The notes beneath the pieces are model-generated. The model saw nothing but the letters and a program-made list of their open reading frames with translations. It was not told where the DNA came from and searched no databases. A DNA stretch of 64,000 nt, from positions 450,393 through 514,392 of the forward strand of contig JANQNR010000004.1 in assembly GCA_028279475.1 (NCBI GenBank), given 5' to 3'. Positions 9,638 through 18,796 of the stretch are shown piece by piece. Source of the DNA: Rickettsiales bacterium (GTDB lineage: Bacteria; Pseudomonadota; Alphaproteobacteria; Rickettsiales; UBA998). The position numbers were made by a program, and so were the translations under genes. Position 1 is the first letter of the stretch. Each line of letters opens with the position of its first letter.

Positions 9638-10669
9638 TTATTTCCATCCCGCCTCATCCATCAGGCGAATCGCGACAGATTGCAAAGCTCCAATGGTTTC
9701 AAGCGGTGTCGTATCGGGTGTGAATGTCCCCCATTGCGCTAACGCATCCGAGGGGTCTACGGCAGGGTTCGCCGGATATTCAAAATTCGCATCGGCAAAT
9801 ATACGTTGCGCTTCTTCACCTGACAGAAACTCCAGCAAGGCTATGGCACCATCCCGGTTATCCGCATGACGGGTCACACCACCACCACGAATATTGATAT
9901 GGACGCCTTTATCACTGGTATCAGGAAAAATAATCGCCACGCGTTCCTGCACCCGCACATCCTGCATGGTTTCATCACCCGCAACCAGTAATCCGTAATA
10001 ATAGGTATTGGCGACGGCAACTCTGCCTTCTCCGGCAGCCAGTGCCCGAATCTGGTCGCGATCACCTCCCTGCGGCGGACGCGCCATGTTGGCGACAATC
10101 CCTCTCGCCCATGTCAGTGCTTTGTCCTGTCCATAATGGTGAATCATGTAGGACATAAGCGACTGGTTATAGACATTATTCGATGAACGGATCAACACGG
10201 TGTCCTTCAAGGTTGGTGCCGCAAGTGCCATATAATTCTTAGGCGCCTTTTCCTTTGCTCCTTCCAACGCAAATAGCACCCGCGCCCGCGTGGTCAGGCC
10301 AAACCACTCCCCTTCACTATCACGCAGATGCGCCGGTATATTCTTTTCCAACACATCGGACTCTATTGACTGTAACAAGGATCGGATCTTTGCCTGATAC
10401 AAATTACCAATATCCACGGTAAGCAACAGATCAGCCGGTGTTTTCTCGCCTTCATGCTCCAAACGCGTAACCAACGCCGCATTATCGCCTGTCAGCAATT
10501 TTACTTCCGTGCCGGACTGCTCCGTAAACAGGTCAAGCACCGGGCGAATCAGATGCTCTTTCTGCGCAGAATACACATGTACTACATCGGATGCTGCATT
10601 AGCATTGGTGCTTATCCCACTGAAACACAGAACAATGACAGCAAGTAATGACTTTAAGTAACGGTGCAT
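9638..10669 (-). CDS. fbpA: Fe(3+) ABC transporter periplasmic substrate-binding protein (FbpA/AfuA-like)
   Basis: From ATG at 10669: MHRYLKSLLAVIVLCFSGISTNANA is a signal peptide, followed by an FbpA-like body (VVHVYSAQKEHLIRPV). The 72-codon upstream extension in the track is AT-rich promoter DNA. Confidence 0.85.
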   Translation of the reverse strand: MHRYLKSLLAVIVLCFSGISTNANAASDVVHVYSAQKEHLIRPVLDLFTEQSGTEVKLLTGDNAALVTRLEHEGEKTPADLLLTVDIGNLYQAKIRSLLQSIESDVLEKNIPAHLRDSEGEWFGLTTRARVLFALEGAKEKAPKNYMALAAPTLKDTVLIRSSNNVYNQSLMSYMIHHYGQDKALTWARGIVANMARPPQGGDRDQIRALAAGEGRVAVANTYYYGLLVAGDETMQDVRVQERVAIIFPDTSDKGVHINIRGGGVTRHADNRDGAIALLEFLSGEEAQRIFADANFEYPANPAVDPSDALAQWGTFTPDTTPLETIGALQSVAIRLMDEAGWK

Positions 10670-10731
10670 AGTGATTCCTTTTTGGTGATGAGACGGCACT
10701 ATACCCTGCCACGTAACTTTCGCAATTGTTT

Positions 10732-10746
10732 TGAGAATCATTTGCA
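10732..10746. promoter_or_regulatory. candidate Fur-box-like operator upstream of fbpABC
   Basis: TGAGAATCATTTGCA matches 12 of 15 positions of the TGATAATCATTATCA core by hand. It lies about 65 nt upstream of the fbpA start in the divergent intergenic region. Confidence 0.3.
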
Positions 10747-10895
10747 AAAACACAGACCAGAGCAATCTCAATGCACTTAAAATACCGTCTTTATACAAGT
10801 AAAACTTATAGCTGATCCAAGCATTACTTAAATAACAATTAATGCAGATATAGTAATTAGTAAGTACTAGCAAACAAAAATACAAAGGGTATATT

Positions 10896-12557
10896 ATGAC
10901 CGATTACTATTTCAGCAGCCAATATGGAAATGATGGCAACTCCGGCACCAGCGTGGACTCCCCCTGGCAATCCCTGTCTATGATTGAGCAACTATCGCTT
11001 GAGCCAGGCGACCGCATCCTTCTGGGACGTGGTTCCGTCTTTACCCAGGAGTTAAAGCTTAATAATGATGATGATGGAACCGCCGAACACCCGATCGTAA
11101 TTACCGCCTATGGCGAAGGTACCGATCCGCTAATTACCGGCACCAGCCGCTACGGTATCTCCGGCATCAAATCAGATTACGTGATTGTTGAGCATATTGA
11201 TATTGGACTTACGGCGCAGGCCGGACTGAAAGGCAATGATACCAATCACTGGATTGTACGCCATGTAGACTTTATGGGTAGTGGCGGAACAGAAGCACAG
11301 GACTCCGGTATTAACTGGTATAACAGCCAGGGAATACTGGTCGAGCATAGCACCTTTAGCCATACATATGGTGACAATATTTACATGAGAGAGGTGTCAG
11401 ACATCTTCATTCGTCATAACACCATGATTGGCGTACATGGCAACAAAGCGGATAATGTACAGATCAGCGGAAACAATCTATTGATGAGCAATAATATCTT
11501 TATCGCTGGGTTGGATGAAACCGTAGAGAAAGGCAATGTCGTGTTCCATGGCGAAGGGTTCTATGCCCATAACAACTACTTACAAGGAGGTGGGTTCGGA
11601 TTCAGCCTGTCAGCAGATTATGCGATCATCGCAGACAATATCATCAACGACCACAATAAATATAGCTGGTCGATGGGAATTGGCTTATCGGATGAAAAGA
11701 CCGGTGACCTGGCGCAGGGAATGATTATTACCGGGAACGAAATCTCTGGCTCTCCTTTTAATATTAGCTTCTTCGGGGGCATGGAAGTTGTTGAAAGCTC
11801 TAATGTGCTGGAAGTCCAGGACTTAGAAATTGCTAACAACATTTTCCATGACTGGGGGCGCGCACCGGTAAAATTTACCGGCATTGAAGCCTTCGGTGCT
11901 TATCATACTAATACGTATTTTAGTGAGGTCGACCCAATGCTGCACAGCAACCCGGAAACATTTACCGATGTCAGTGCCATGTACCAGGGCGACCATCTGA
12001 TTGGGCCATTCCTTCCACCAGTACATACACTCACCATTAGCGCCTCTGCTTCACTTTATGATGGCGCACCACTGATGCAGGTCTATCATAATGACACCAT
12101 GGTCTTGCAAACGGCGGTCACAGCCAATCGGACACAAGGAGAACAGGCACAATTTGATCTGTTACTGGAAGGTGTGCAGCCGGAAGACCAGTTTAAAATC
12201 ACATTCATCAATGACAAATTCAATGCTACTACCTGGCAGGATCGGAATCTCTATGTAAATTCGGTAGAGCTTGATGGACATAGCCTGCACCTCAAAGAGG
12301 GCGATACGTCACACAAGGTGCGCGCCAACAAAGCCGGAGATGAAGTGGCTTTCTTCTCCAATGGATGGTTTTCTTTTACCGGTGAGGATGTCAATGCGAC
12401 TCCCCTCGCTCCGCTACCGGTTTCCGGTGTTATGGGGCTGGCAGATTTTCTGGCTCAACAGGGCACCGCAGATTACTCAACGGACATGGCGGCAACCTCG
12501 GCCATCGATATGGCGATCGATGACTTCAGCTTGGCAATGGGTGAATTTTTTGCCTAG
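10896..12557 (+). CDS. right-handed parallel beta-helix repeat protein with a possible C-terminal carbohydrate-binding module
   Basis: The N-terminus [23 protein letters not shown]....[14 protein letters not shown] is the pattern seen in pectate-lyase-fold proteins, and repeated NN/HN-rich beta-helix turns follow. The C-terminal segment [10 protein letters not shown]....[13 protein letters not shown] resembles CBM-like modules from memory. No N-terminal signal peptide is visible. Confidence 0.6.
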   Translation: MTDYYFSSQYGNDGNSGTSVDSPWQSLSMIEQLSLEPGDRILLGRGSVFTQELKLNNDDDGTAEHPIVITAYGEGTDPLITGTSRYGISGIKSDYVIVEHIDIGLTAQAGLKGNDTNHWIVRHVDFMGSGGTEAQDSGINWYNSQGILVEHSTFSHTYGDNIYMREVSDIFIRHNTMIGVHGNKADNVQISGNNLLMSNNIFIAGLDETVEKGNVVFHGEGFYAHNNYLQGGGFGFSLSADYAIIADNIINDHNKYSWSMGIGLSDEKTGDLAQGMIITGNEISGSPFNISFFGGMEVVESSNVLEVQDLEIANNIFHDWGRAPVKFTGIEAFGAYHTNTYFSEVDPMLHSNPETFTDVSAMYQGDHLIGPFLPPVHTLTISASASLYDGAPLMQVYHNDTMVLQTAVTANRTQGEQAQFDLLLEGVQPEDQFKITFINDKFNATTWQDRNLYVNSVELDGHSLHLKEGDTSHKVRANKAGDEVAFFSNGWFSFTGEDVNATPLAPLPVSGVMGLADFLAQQGTADYSTDMAATSAIDMAIDDFSLAMGEFFA

Positions 12558-13828
12558 CCCTTGGCATCATCGGAACCGGAAGCACGCTTATTTGTCTTGT
12601 CATGCACCAGTAACGGTTCACTCTCCTGCTTGACGACTTCGCCGTTAATAACAACTTCGGTTACATCTTCGGCATCCGGCACATCATACATCAACTCCAA
12701 CAGCGTCTCTTCGAGAATCGCACGCAAGCCACGTGCACCAGTCTTACGCTCGATCGCTTTGGTAGCAATCGCCTCCAGCGCATCATCGGTGAAGCTTAGT
12801 TTAACGTCTTCGATGTCGAACAGCTTCTGATATTGTTTCACAAGCGCATTTTTTGGCTCAGTCAGGATACGTACCAGCGCCTCATTATCCAAGTCTTCCA
12901 GCGTAGCAATCACCGGCAAACGCCCGACAAACTCTGGAATCAATCCGAATTTCAGTAGATCTTCCGGTTCAACCCGTGCCAGCAACTCACCGACACCCTC
13001 GTCGCTTTCACTACGAACATCGGCACCAAACCCAATCGCTGTTCCCTTGCCTCGCTGCGCGATAATCTTATGCAGCCCGGCGAACGCCCCCCCACAAATA
13101 AACAGGATATTCGCCGTATCAACCTGCAGAAACTCCTGTTGTGGATGCTTGCGCCCCCCTTGTGGCGGGACAGATGCCACCGTTCCTTCCATAATTTTCA
13201 GCAAGGCCTGCTGTACGCCTTCTCCGGACACATCCCGGGTGATAGATGGGTTATCCGATTTACGGGAAATTTTATCCACCTCATCAATGTAGACAATCCC
13301 TCGCTGCGCTCGCTCAACGTTATAGTCCGCTGCCTGCAACAGCCGTAGAATGATATTTTCAACATCCTCACCGACATACCCGGCCTCGGTCAACGTCGTG
13401 GCATCTGCCATGGTAAACGGTACATCTAGGATACGTGCCAATGTCTGCGCCAGCAATGTCTTACCGCATCCGGTCGGACCCAGAAGCAAAATATTAGACT
13501 TAGCTAGCTCAACATCCGTTCCCTTCTCAATCAGGTTGATACGTTTATAGTGATTATAGACCGCAACGGATAGCACACGTTTGGCATCGTTCTGGCCAAT
13601 CACATACTGATCCAAAAACGCCTGAATTTCAGATGGTTTTGGCACATGGCCATCATCGTGCTCAACAGTCGTTTTATCCGCCGTACGAATAATGTCCATG
13701 CACAATTCAACGCATTCGTCACAGATAAATACTGTTGGTCCGGCAATGAGCTTTCGCACCTCGTGTTCGCTCTTTCCACAAAACGAGCAATAGCGTGTAT
13801 TCTTACTGTCTTTCGATGATTTGTTCAT
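12554..13828 (-). CDS. clpX: ATP-dependent Clp protease ATP-binding subunit ClpX
   Basis: N-terminal zinc finger [27 protein letters not shown], Walker [12 protein letters not shown], and [10 protein letters not shown]. Confidence 0.97.
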   Translation of the reverse strand: MNKSSKDSKNTRYCSFCGKSEHEVRKLIAGPTVFICDECVELCMDIIRTADKTTVEHDDGHVPKPSEIQAFLDQYVIGQNDAKRVLSVAVYNHYKRINLIEKGTDVELAKSNILLLGPTGCGKTLLAQTLARILDVPFTMADATTLTEAGYVGEDVENIILRLLQAADYNVERAQRGIVYIDEVDKISRKSDNPSITRDVSGEGVQQALLKIMEGTVASVPPQGGRKHPQQEFLQVDTANILFICGGAFAGLHKIIAQRGKGTAIGFGADVRSESDEGVGELLARVEPEDLLKFGLIPEFVGRLPVIATLEDLDNEALVRILTEPKNALVKQYQKLFDIEDVKLSFTDDALEAIATKAIERKTGARGLRAILEETLLELMYDVPDAEDVTEVVINGEVVKQESEPLLVHDKTNKRASGSDDAKG

Positions 13829-14152
13829 AGCATCCTTTACGTTATGAATCGTTATATCCGAGTATATGCCGTAATCATTAGTAGTGCAATGCCATAGATG
13901 AAAGTCTTACCGCCACACTACCAGTACGATCCGTTGCTTATTCCAAGTTTGTAGCATTTATGCATATCACATTACATCGGGAAGGGATCGGTTGAAATAT
14001 TCGACAGATAGGCAAAATTTACCTAACTCCAACTAAAATACCCTATTGCATAGCACAATAAAACATGTTTAAATGAAAGCTAGGTAATTTATACCGCCAC
14101 CTGGTGCAAGGCCGGGAAGAATAACACGCAAAATCATATACGGAGCAAGCGA

Positions 14153-15775
14153 ATGAACGCACTCGTTCAATCCATCGGTGAGATCAACAAAGTAAAACTA
14201 GGATTGATGGCAGGTGTCACCGTTGTATTATTAGCTTTCTTTATATTTTTAGCAACTCGCGCCTCCACCCCTACCCTGACACCTCTCTACACCAATATCT
14301 CACTTGAAGATAGCGGTGACATTGTTGAGGAACTTGATAAGCTAGATGTCCCGTATGAAGTTACAGCAGGCGGCAAACAAATCATGGTGCCTGGCGACAA
14401 GGTCGAGCAAATTCGGGTAAAAATGGCAAGCATGGGACTGCCAGCCACCGGCTCTGCCGTTGGGTTCGAAATCTTTGATGAGGATGAAGCGCTGGGTACG
14501 TCGAACTTTGTGCTGAACGTCAACAAGCTTCGCGCCCTTGAAGGAGAACTCGGACGCACCATCAGCTCACTGCGGCAAGTCGATTCAGCGCGTGTACATC
14601 TGGTCATCCCCAAACGCGAGCTGTTCACGCGTGAGCGCCGTGAACCCACTGCCTCCGTTGCCGTGAAGGTACGGGGTGCCTCGGAACTGGGGAAACAGGA
14701 AATCGCTGCGATCAAACATCTGGTTGCTACCAGCGTCCCGGGTTTGAAGCCGGCTCGTATTACCATCATTGACAATAACGGCAACTTGCTGGCACGTGGC
14801 GTGGAAGACGAAAATGACCCGGAAATGCTGGCAGCGACGGCACAGGAATTCCGCACTTCGTTTGAAAACCGGCTGGAACGAACGGTGGAAGCCCTGCTGG
14901 AACGCTCGGTTGGCCTTGGCAAAGTCAAAGCAGAAGTGAATGCCGAGATCGACTTCGACCGTATTATTACAAATTCAGAGACCTTTGACCCGGAAGGGCA
15001 AGTTGCACGTTCCGTTCAAACCATTGAAGAACTGGAAAATGAAAATGAAAAAGACTTGAAAGAGAATGTATCTGCCGGAAATAACCTGCCGGATGTAGAT
15101 GCAGAAAATGCCGGTTTTCTCAATAGCCGCAACCTTCAACGTACTGATGAAACCACCAATTTTGAAATTTCCAAGACAGTCAAAAACCATATAAAACAGA
15201 CCGGCACGGTCAATCGCTTAAGCGTTGCCGTTCTGGTGGACGGCACCTATGTAATGAACGAAGAAGGCCAGGAAGTCTATCAACCTCGCAGCGAGGAAGA
15301 ATTGACACAACTGGAAACACTGGTTCGCTCCGCCGTCGGCTTTGACCCGGATCGTGGTGACAGCGTGGAAGTGATCAACATGGCCTTCGCAGCGCCGGAT
15401 ATTATTGCTGAAGAGTCCCCTCTGGATTGGCTGAAACGTGACTTCAATTCTATCTTCCAGACCTTCGTACTGGCGAGTGTGGCCATCCTGGTCATTATGC
15501 TTATTATCAAGCCACTGGTGAACAAGGCGATCACAGCTCAGGAACAGGAAGAAGAGGATGATGAAGAGCTGCAGCGCCTGCTTGCTTCTCCAGCACTGTC
15601 CGGTGAGCTAGCTAATCTCAGCGAGGAAGATGACGATGAATCAATGATCAGTATCGACAAAATTGATGGCGGCATTAAATCATCACTGTATCGTAAAGTC
15701 GGCGAAATGATCGAAAACCACCCGGAAGAGAGCTTAAATGTCATTCGCCAATGGGCTTTTGAAGTCGATGAATGA
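14153..15775 (+). CDS. fliF: flagellar M-ring protein FliF
   Basis: 540 aa with an N-terminal TM, a YscJ/FliF-like region (LYTNISLEDSGDIVEELDKLDVPYEV) and an acidic C-terminus. fliG follows. Confidence 0.92.
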   Translation: MNALVQSIGEINKVKLGLMAGVTVVLLAFFIFLATRASTPTLTPLYTNISLEDSGDIVEELDKLDVPYEVTAGGKQIMVPGDKVEQIRVKMASMGLPATGSAVGFEIFDEDEALGTSNFVLNVNKLRALEGELGRTISSLRQVDSARVHLVIPKRELFTRERREPTASVAVKVRGASELGKQEIAAIKHLVATSVPGLKPARITIIDNNGNLLARGVEDENDPEMLAATAQEFRTSFENRLERTVEALLERSVGLGKVKAEVNAEIDFDRIITNSETFDPEGQVARSVQTIEELENENEKDLKENVSAGNNLPDVDAENAGFLNSRNLQRTDETTNFEISKTVKNHIKQTGTVNRLSVAVLVDGTYVMNEEGQEVYQPRSEEELTQLETLVRSAVGFDPDRGDSVEVINMAFAAPDIIAEESPLDWLKRDFNSIFQTFVLASVAILVIMLIIKPLVNKAITAQEQEEEDDEELQRLLASPALSGELANLSEEDDDESMISIDKIDGGIKSSLYRKVGEMIENHPEESLNVIRQWAFEVDE

Positions 15776-15841
15776 TATGATTAACCTGACAATCCATTAC
15801 TTAAGACAATCCATTACGTAAAAGGAGTGCGGCACTAAACC

Positions 15842-16867
15842 ATGGGAAAGGTCATAACCAAAGATGATTATCGCTCATTATCCGGGCTTCAGAAAGCTGC
15901 CATTCTCATGATGTCCGTGGGTGAGGAGAATGCCGGGCGCCTGTTTGGTATGATGGATGATGAAGAGATTAAGGAAATCTCCAACGCCATGGCCAATCTG
16001 GGACGCGTGGAATCGGAATGCGTTGAGCGGCTGTTCATGGAGTTCAGCGACGAGATGACCGCCGCCGGTGTTCTGGTTGGTTCATACGACACAACGGAGC
16101 GACTACTTACCAAAGCGCTTGGCAAAGAACGGGTTGATTCAATCATGGATGAAATCCGTGGTCCGGCAGGTCGTACCACCTGGGATAAACTGGCCAATGT
16201 CAATGAGGAAATTCTTGCCTCCTACCTGCGTCACGAATATCCACAGACGATTGCTTTGATCGTCTCGAAGGTACGACCAGATCATGCCGCCAAGGTACTG
16301 AGCGTCTTGCCAGATGATCTGAGCACCGAGGTGATCAATCGTATGCTCTCGATGGATGCAGTGAAGAAAGAGGTCATTGAAGGGATTGAACGTACCCTGC
16401 GCATGGAGTTCATGACCAATGTCGCTAAAACTCAACGCCGTGATAGTTATGAATTGATGGCAGACATCTTCAATAATTTCGACCGTAATACCGAAAGCAA
16501 GTTTATGGGGCATTTGGAAGAAAATGATCCTGACTCCGCCGAACGTATCCGCAATCTGATGTTCACCTTTGAAGACCTGGTCAAAATCGATGCAGCCGGC
16601 ATTCAGGCAGTGTTACGTGCCCTGGATAAGGACAAACTGGCGCTGGCATTGAAGGGAGCGTCGGATGCCTTGAAAGACCTTTTCTTTGGCAACATGTCGG
16701 AACGTGCTTCCAAGATTCTTCAAGAAGACATGGAAGCGATGGGACCGGTTCGCTTAAAAGATGTCGATGAGTCACAAATGTATGTCGTCTCGATAGCCAA
16801 GGATCTGGCAGCGAAGGGAGATATTATTATCGCAGAAGCAAATGGCGAAGACCAACTGGTATATTGA
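15842..16867 (+). CDS. fliG: flagellar motor switch protein FliG
   Basis: 341 aa containing LSGLQKAAILMMSVGEENA and the C-terminal MFTFEDL motif. Confidence 0.95.
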   Translation: MGKVITKDDYRSLSGLQKAAILMMSVGEENAGRLFGMMDDEEIKEISNAMANLGRVESECVERLFMEFSDEMTAAGVLVGSYDTTERLLTKALGKERVDSIMDEIRGPAGRTTWDKLANVNEEILASYLRHEYPQTIALIVSKVRPDHAAKVLSVLPDDLSTEVINRMLSMDAVKKEVIEGIERTLRMEFMTNVAKTQRRDSYELMADIFNNFDRNTESKFMGHLEENDPDSAERIRNLMFTFEDLVKIDAAGIQAVLRALDKDKLALALKGASDALKDLFFGNMSERASKILQEDMEAMGPVRLKDVDESQMYVVSIAKDLAAKGDIIIAEANGEDQLVY

Positions 16868-17634
16868 TGATGCAAACTGCCCCACAGATACAACGCTTTA
16901 ACTTTCAGGCTCTTCAGGATTTTGCTGTGCCGCTGGATATTCCTGCGGAAGCCAATGCCAATGATGCACAAGCAGTAGAGCAGGAAGCTCCGGTAGAACC
17001 ACCACCGCCGGCTACCTACAGCGAAGCGGAGATGGAAGCGGCAAAGCGCGAGGCACATGCAAAAGGTTTAGAGGAAGGCAAATCCAAAGCTGAAACAGAA
17101 GCCCAGACGCTAAGCGTGCAATCGCAACAGACCATGGTACAGCAGATGAAGCAGCTCGGTGCTCAGTTAACGCAGGCACATGACATCATCCAACAGGCAA
17201 TCGAGCGCCAGCATACGGAGTTGTTATCATTATCGTACCAGATTGCTAAAAAGCTGGCCGAAGACGCTCTAAAAAAGAATGCACAGCCGGTTTTAGACGC
17301 TATGCTTCGGCAATGCCTACCACAATTATTGAGCCAACCAGCCATTCTGATAAAAACAGCGCCAGATACGATACCGGCTGTAGAATCATTACTGGGTGAT
17401 GTGCGCCAGGAATCTAGCTATGAGGGGGAAGTCAGTGTTCGTGAAGACAGCCAACTACAACCCGGTGATCTTCGGATTGATTGGCAGTTCGGATCAGCGG
17501 AGCGTTCATATCACGCGTTGCTTGAACAACTTGATTCCCTCTTTCCTGCACCATCTGCACCGAACGACGATCCACCAACCGATAACGATCAGAAAGATGG
17601 GGATGCATCGTCTCATGAAACAACTATCTCTTAA
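16864..17634 (+). CDS. fliH: FliH-like flagellar assembly protein
   Basis: Assigned by position between fliG and fliN (ATGA overlap with fliG), a coiled-coil E/A/K-rich centre, and a size of 256 aa. Sequence conservation in this family is low. Confidence 0.5.
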   Translation: MMMQTAPQIQRFNFQALQDFAVPLDIPAEANANDAQAVEQEAPVEPPPPATYSEAEMEAAKREAHAKGLEEGKSKAETEAQTLSVQSQQTMVQQMKQLGAQLTQAHDIIQQAIERQHTELLSLSYQIAKKLAEDALKKNAQPVLDAMLRQCLPQLLSQPAILIKTAPDTIPAVESLLGDVRQESSYEGEVSVREDSQLQPGDLRIDWQFGSAERSYHALLEQLDSLFPAPSAPNDDPPTDNDQKDGDASSHETTIS

Positions 17635-17666
17635 ATTCACTCAATGTTATACAAAGGAGCCAAAAC

Positions 17667-17963
17667 ATGTCGGATATGGATCAATTGAGTAATGAGTTGC
17701 TGGAAGGCGGCGACGAAAACCTGTCACTGGAGGCAGTGCATGACATCCCGGTGCAAATATCCGTCGTACTGGGAAAAACCAGTATGCAAGTGCAGCAATT
17801 GCTCAAACTGGGGCGTGGCGCCGTGATTGAACTGAACAAGAAGGTTGGTGAACCGGTTGACATCTATATCAATGCACGGCTGGTTGCACGCGGGGAAGTC
17901 GTGGTGGTAGAAGACCGGGTTGGTGTTACCATGACGGAAATTATTCGAGGAGAGAAAAAGTAG
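17667..17963 (+). CDS. fliN: flagellar motor switch protein FliN
   Basis: 98 aa with the SpoA-type C-terminal domain (IPVQISVVLGKTSMQVQQLLKLGRGAVIELNK...VDIYINARLVARGEVVVV) and SD AAGGAG. Confidence 0.92.
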   Translation: MSDMDQLSNELLEGGDENLSLEAVHDIPVQISVVLGKTSMQVQQLLKLGRGAVIELNKKVGEPVDIYINARLVARGEVVVVEDRVGVTMTEIIRGEKK

Positions 17964-17970
17964 GTCTATT

Positions 17971-18750
17971 ATGAATAAACGTTTCGACCTTTCCACACTC
18001 GCCGGGATCCTGACAGCCTTTGGATTGATCGGTATGGCCATCGCTTATGGCGGTGCACTGGAATCCTTTCTGGACATTCCTTCCATCTTAATCGTGGTGC
18101 TGGGCACGACAGCACTGATTATCGCTAGTTTTTCATTCAAAGACGTCTTCAAAGCATTTGGATTGACAGCACGCACCATTATCTATCCGGAAGAAAATCC
18201 GACACGCTCAGCAGCAAGTCTGGTGCGGCTGGCAGATGAAAGCCGCCGTAATGGTGTGCTGGCTATCCAATCACAAACGGAAAGTCTGCATCATAGCAGT
18301 TTCGCCTACAAAGCATTGAACCTGGCGGTAGACGGTATGGAAGCACCTCAAATTGAGCGCACATTAGCACAAGATATTGCAGCTCGTTCACAGCGCCACT
18401 CACGGGGCATCGCCGTGTTGCGTAAAGGCGCGGACATTGCCCCGGCAATGGGACTGATTGGGACATTAATCGGACTGGTACAGATGCTAGGCAACCTGGA
18501 TGACCCCTCCTCCATTGGTCCAGCAATGGCAGTCGCCTTGTTGACTACGATGTATGGAGCGATTCTGGCGTTTCTGGTCTTTTCGCCACTAGCCACTAAA
18601 CTGGAACGCCTGTCTGAGAACGAACTACTACTACATCAAATGTATCTGCGTGGCGCCATTAGCATCGCCGCAAAAGAAAACCCCCGACGGCTGGAAGAAA
18701 ACCTCAATTCCATTCTCCCCGCCGAACAGCGAATTTCCTATTTCTCGTAA
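17971..18750 (+). CDS. motA: flagellar stator protein MotA (MotA/TolQ/ExbB channel family)
   Basis: 259 aa with four TM segments and conserved PAMGLIGTLIGLVQML and GPAMAVALLTTMYG. Confidence 0.88.
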   Translation: MNKRFDLSTLAGILTAFGLIGMAIAYGGALESFLDIPSILIVVLGTTALIIASFSFKDVFKAFGLTARTIIYPEENPTRSAASLVRLADESRRNGVLAIQSQTESLHHSSFAYKALNLAVDGMEAPQIERTLAQDIAARSQRHSRGIAVLRKGADIAPAMGLIGTLIGLVQMLGNLDDPSSIGPAMAVALLTTMYGAILAFLVFSPLATKLERLSENELLLHQMYLRGAISIAAKENPRRLEENLNSILPAEQRISYFS

Positions 18751-18796
18751 CGGTCTGCACTGTCCATTAACCCTTGGAGTCTTATAAAATCCTGCT

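Noticed and set aside
10670-10885. 72-codon N-terminal extension of the fbpA track ORF
   Set aside because: The extension is AT-rich and Cys/Tyr/Ile-rich nonsense sequence. A clean signal peptide begins at the ATG at 10669.
13829-14152. Sigma-54 (-24/-12), sigma-28 and CtrA-box (TTAA-N7-TTAAC) promoters upstream of fliF, and sigma-28 or sigma-54 upstream of motB (41671-41743)
   Set aside because: Only poor partial matches were found by eye, for example TGGTGCAAGGCCGGG and TAAA-N15-CCGTATTA. None is good enough to report.
14287-14928. Long antisense ORFs inside conserved genes. Examples: 14287..14928 in fliF, 32422..33129 in gpsA, 34385..34954 and 36536..37138 in ileS, 39400..39969 in hisH, 41925..42530 in the TadG-like gene, and 48315..48800 in plsX
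   Set aside because: These are shadow ORFs opposite strongly supported genes. They are Ser/Arg/Pro-rich with no recognisable motifs.
17971-18750. motA lacking an adjacent motB (motB is 22 kb away at 40597-41670) as a novelty
   Set aside because: Unlinked motA and motB genes are already known in alphaproteobacteria such as Caulobacter. Both genes look intact (the MotB TM Asp is present), so this is not unusual on its own.
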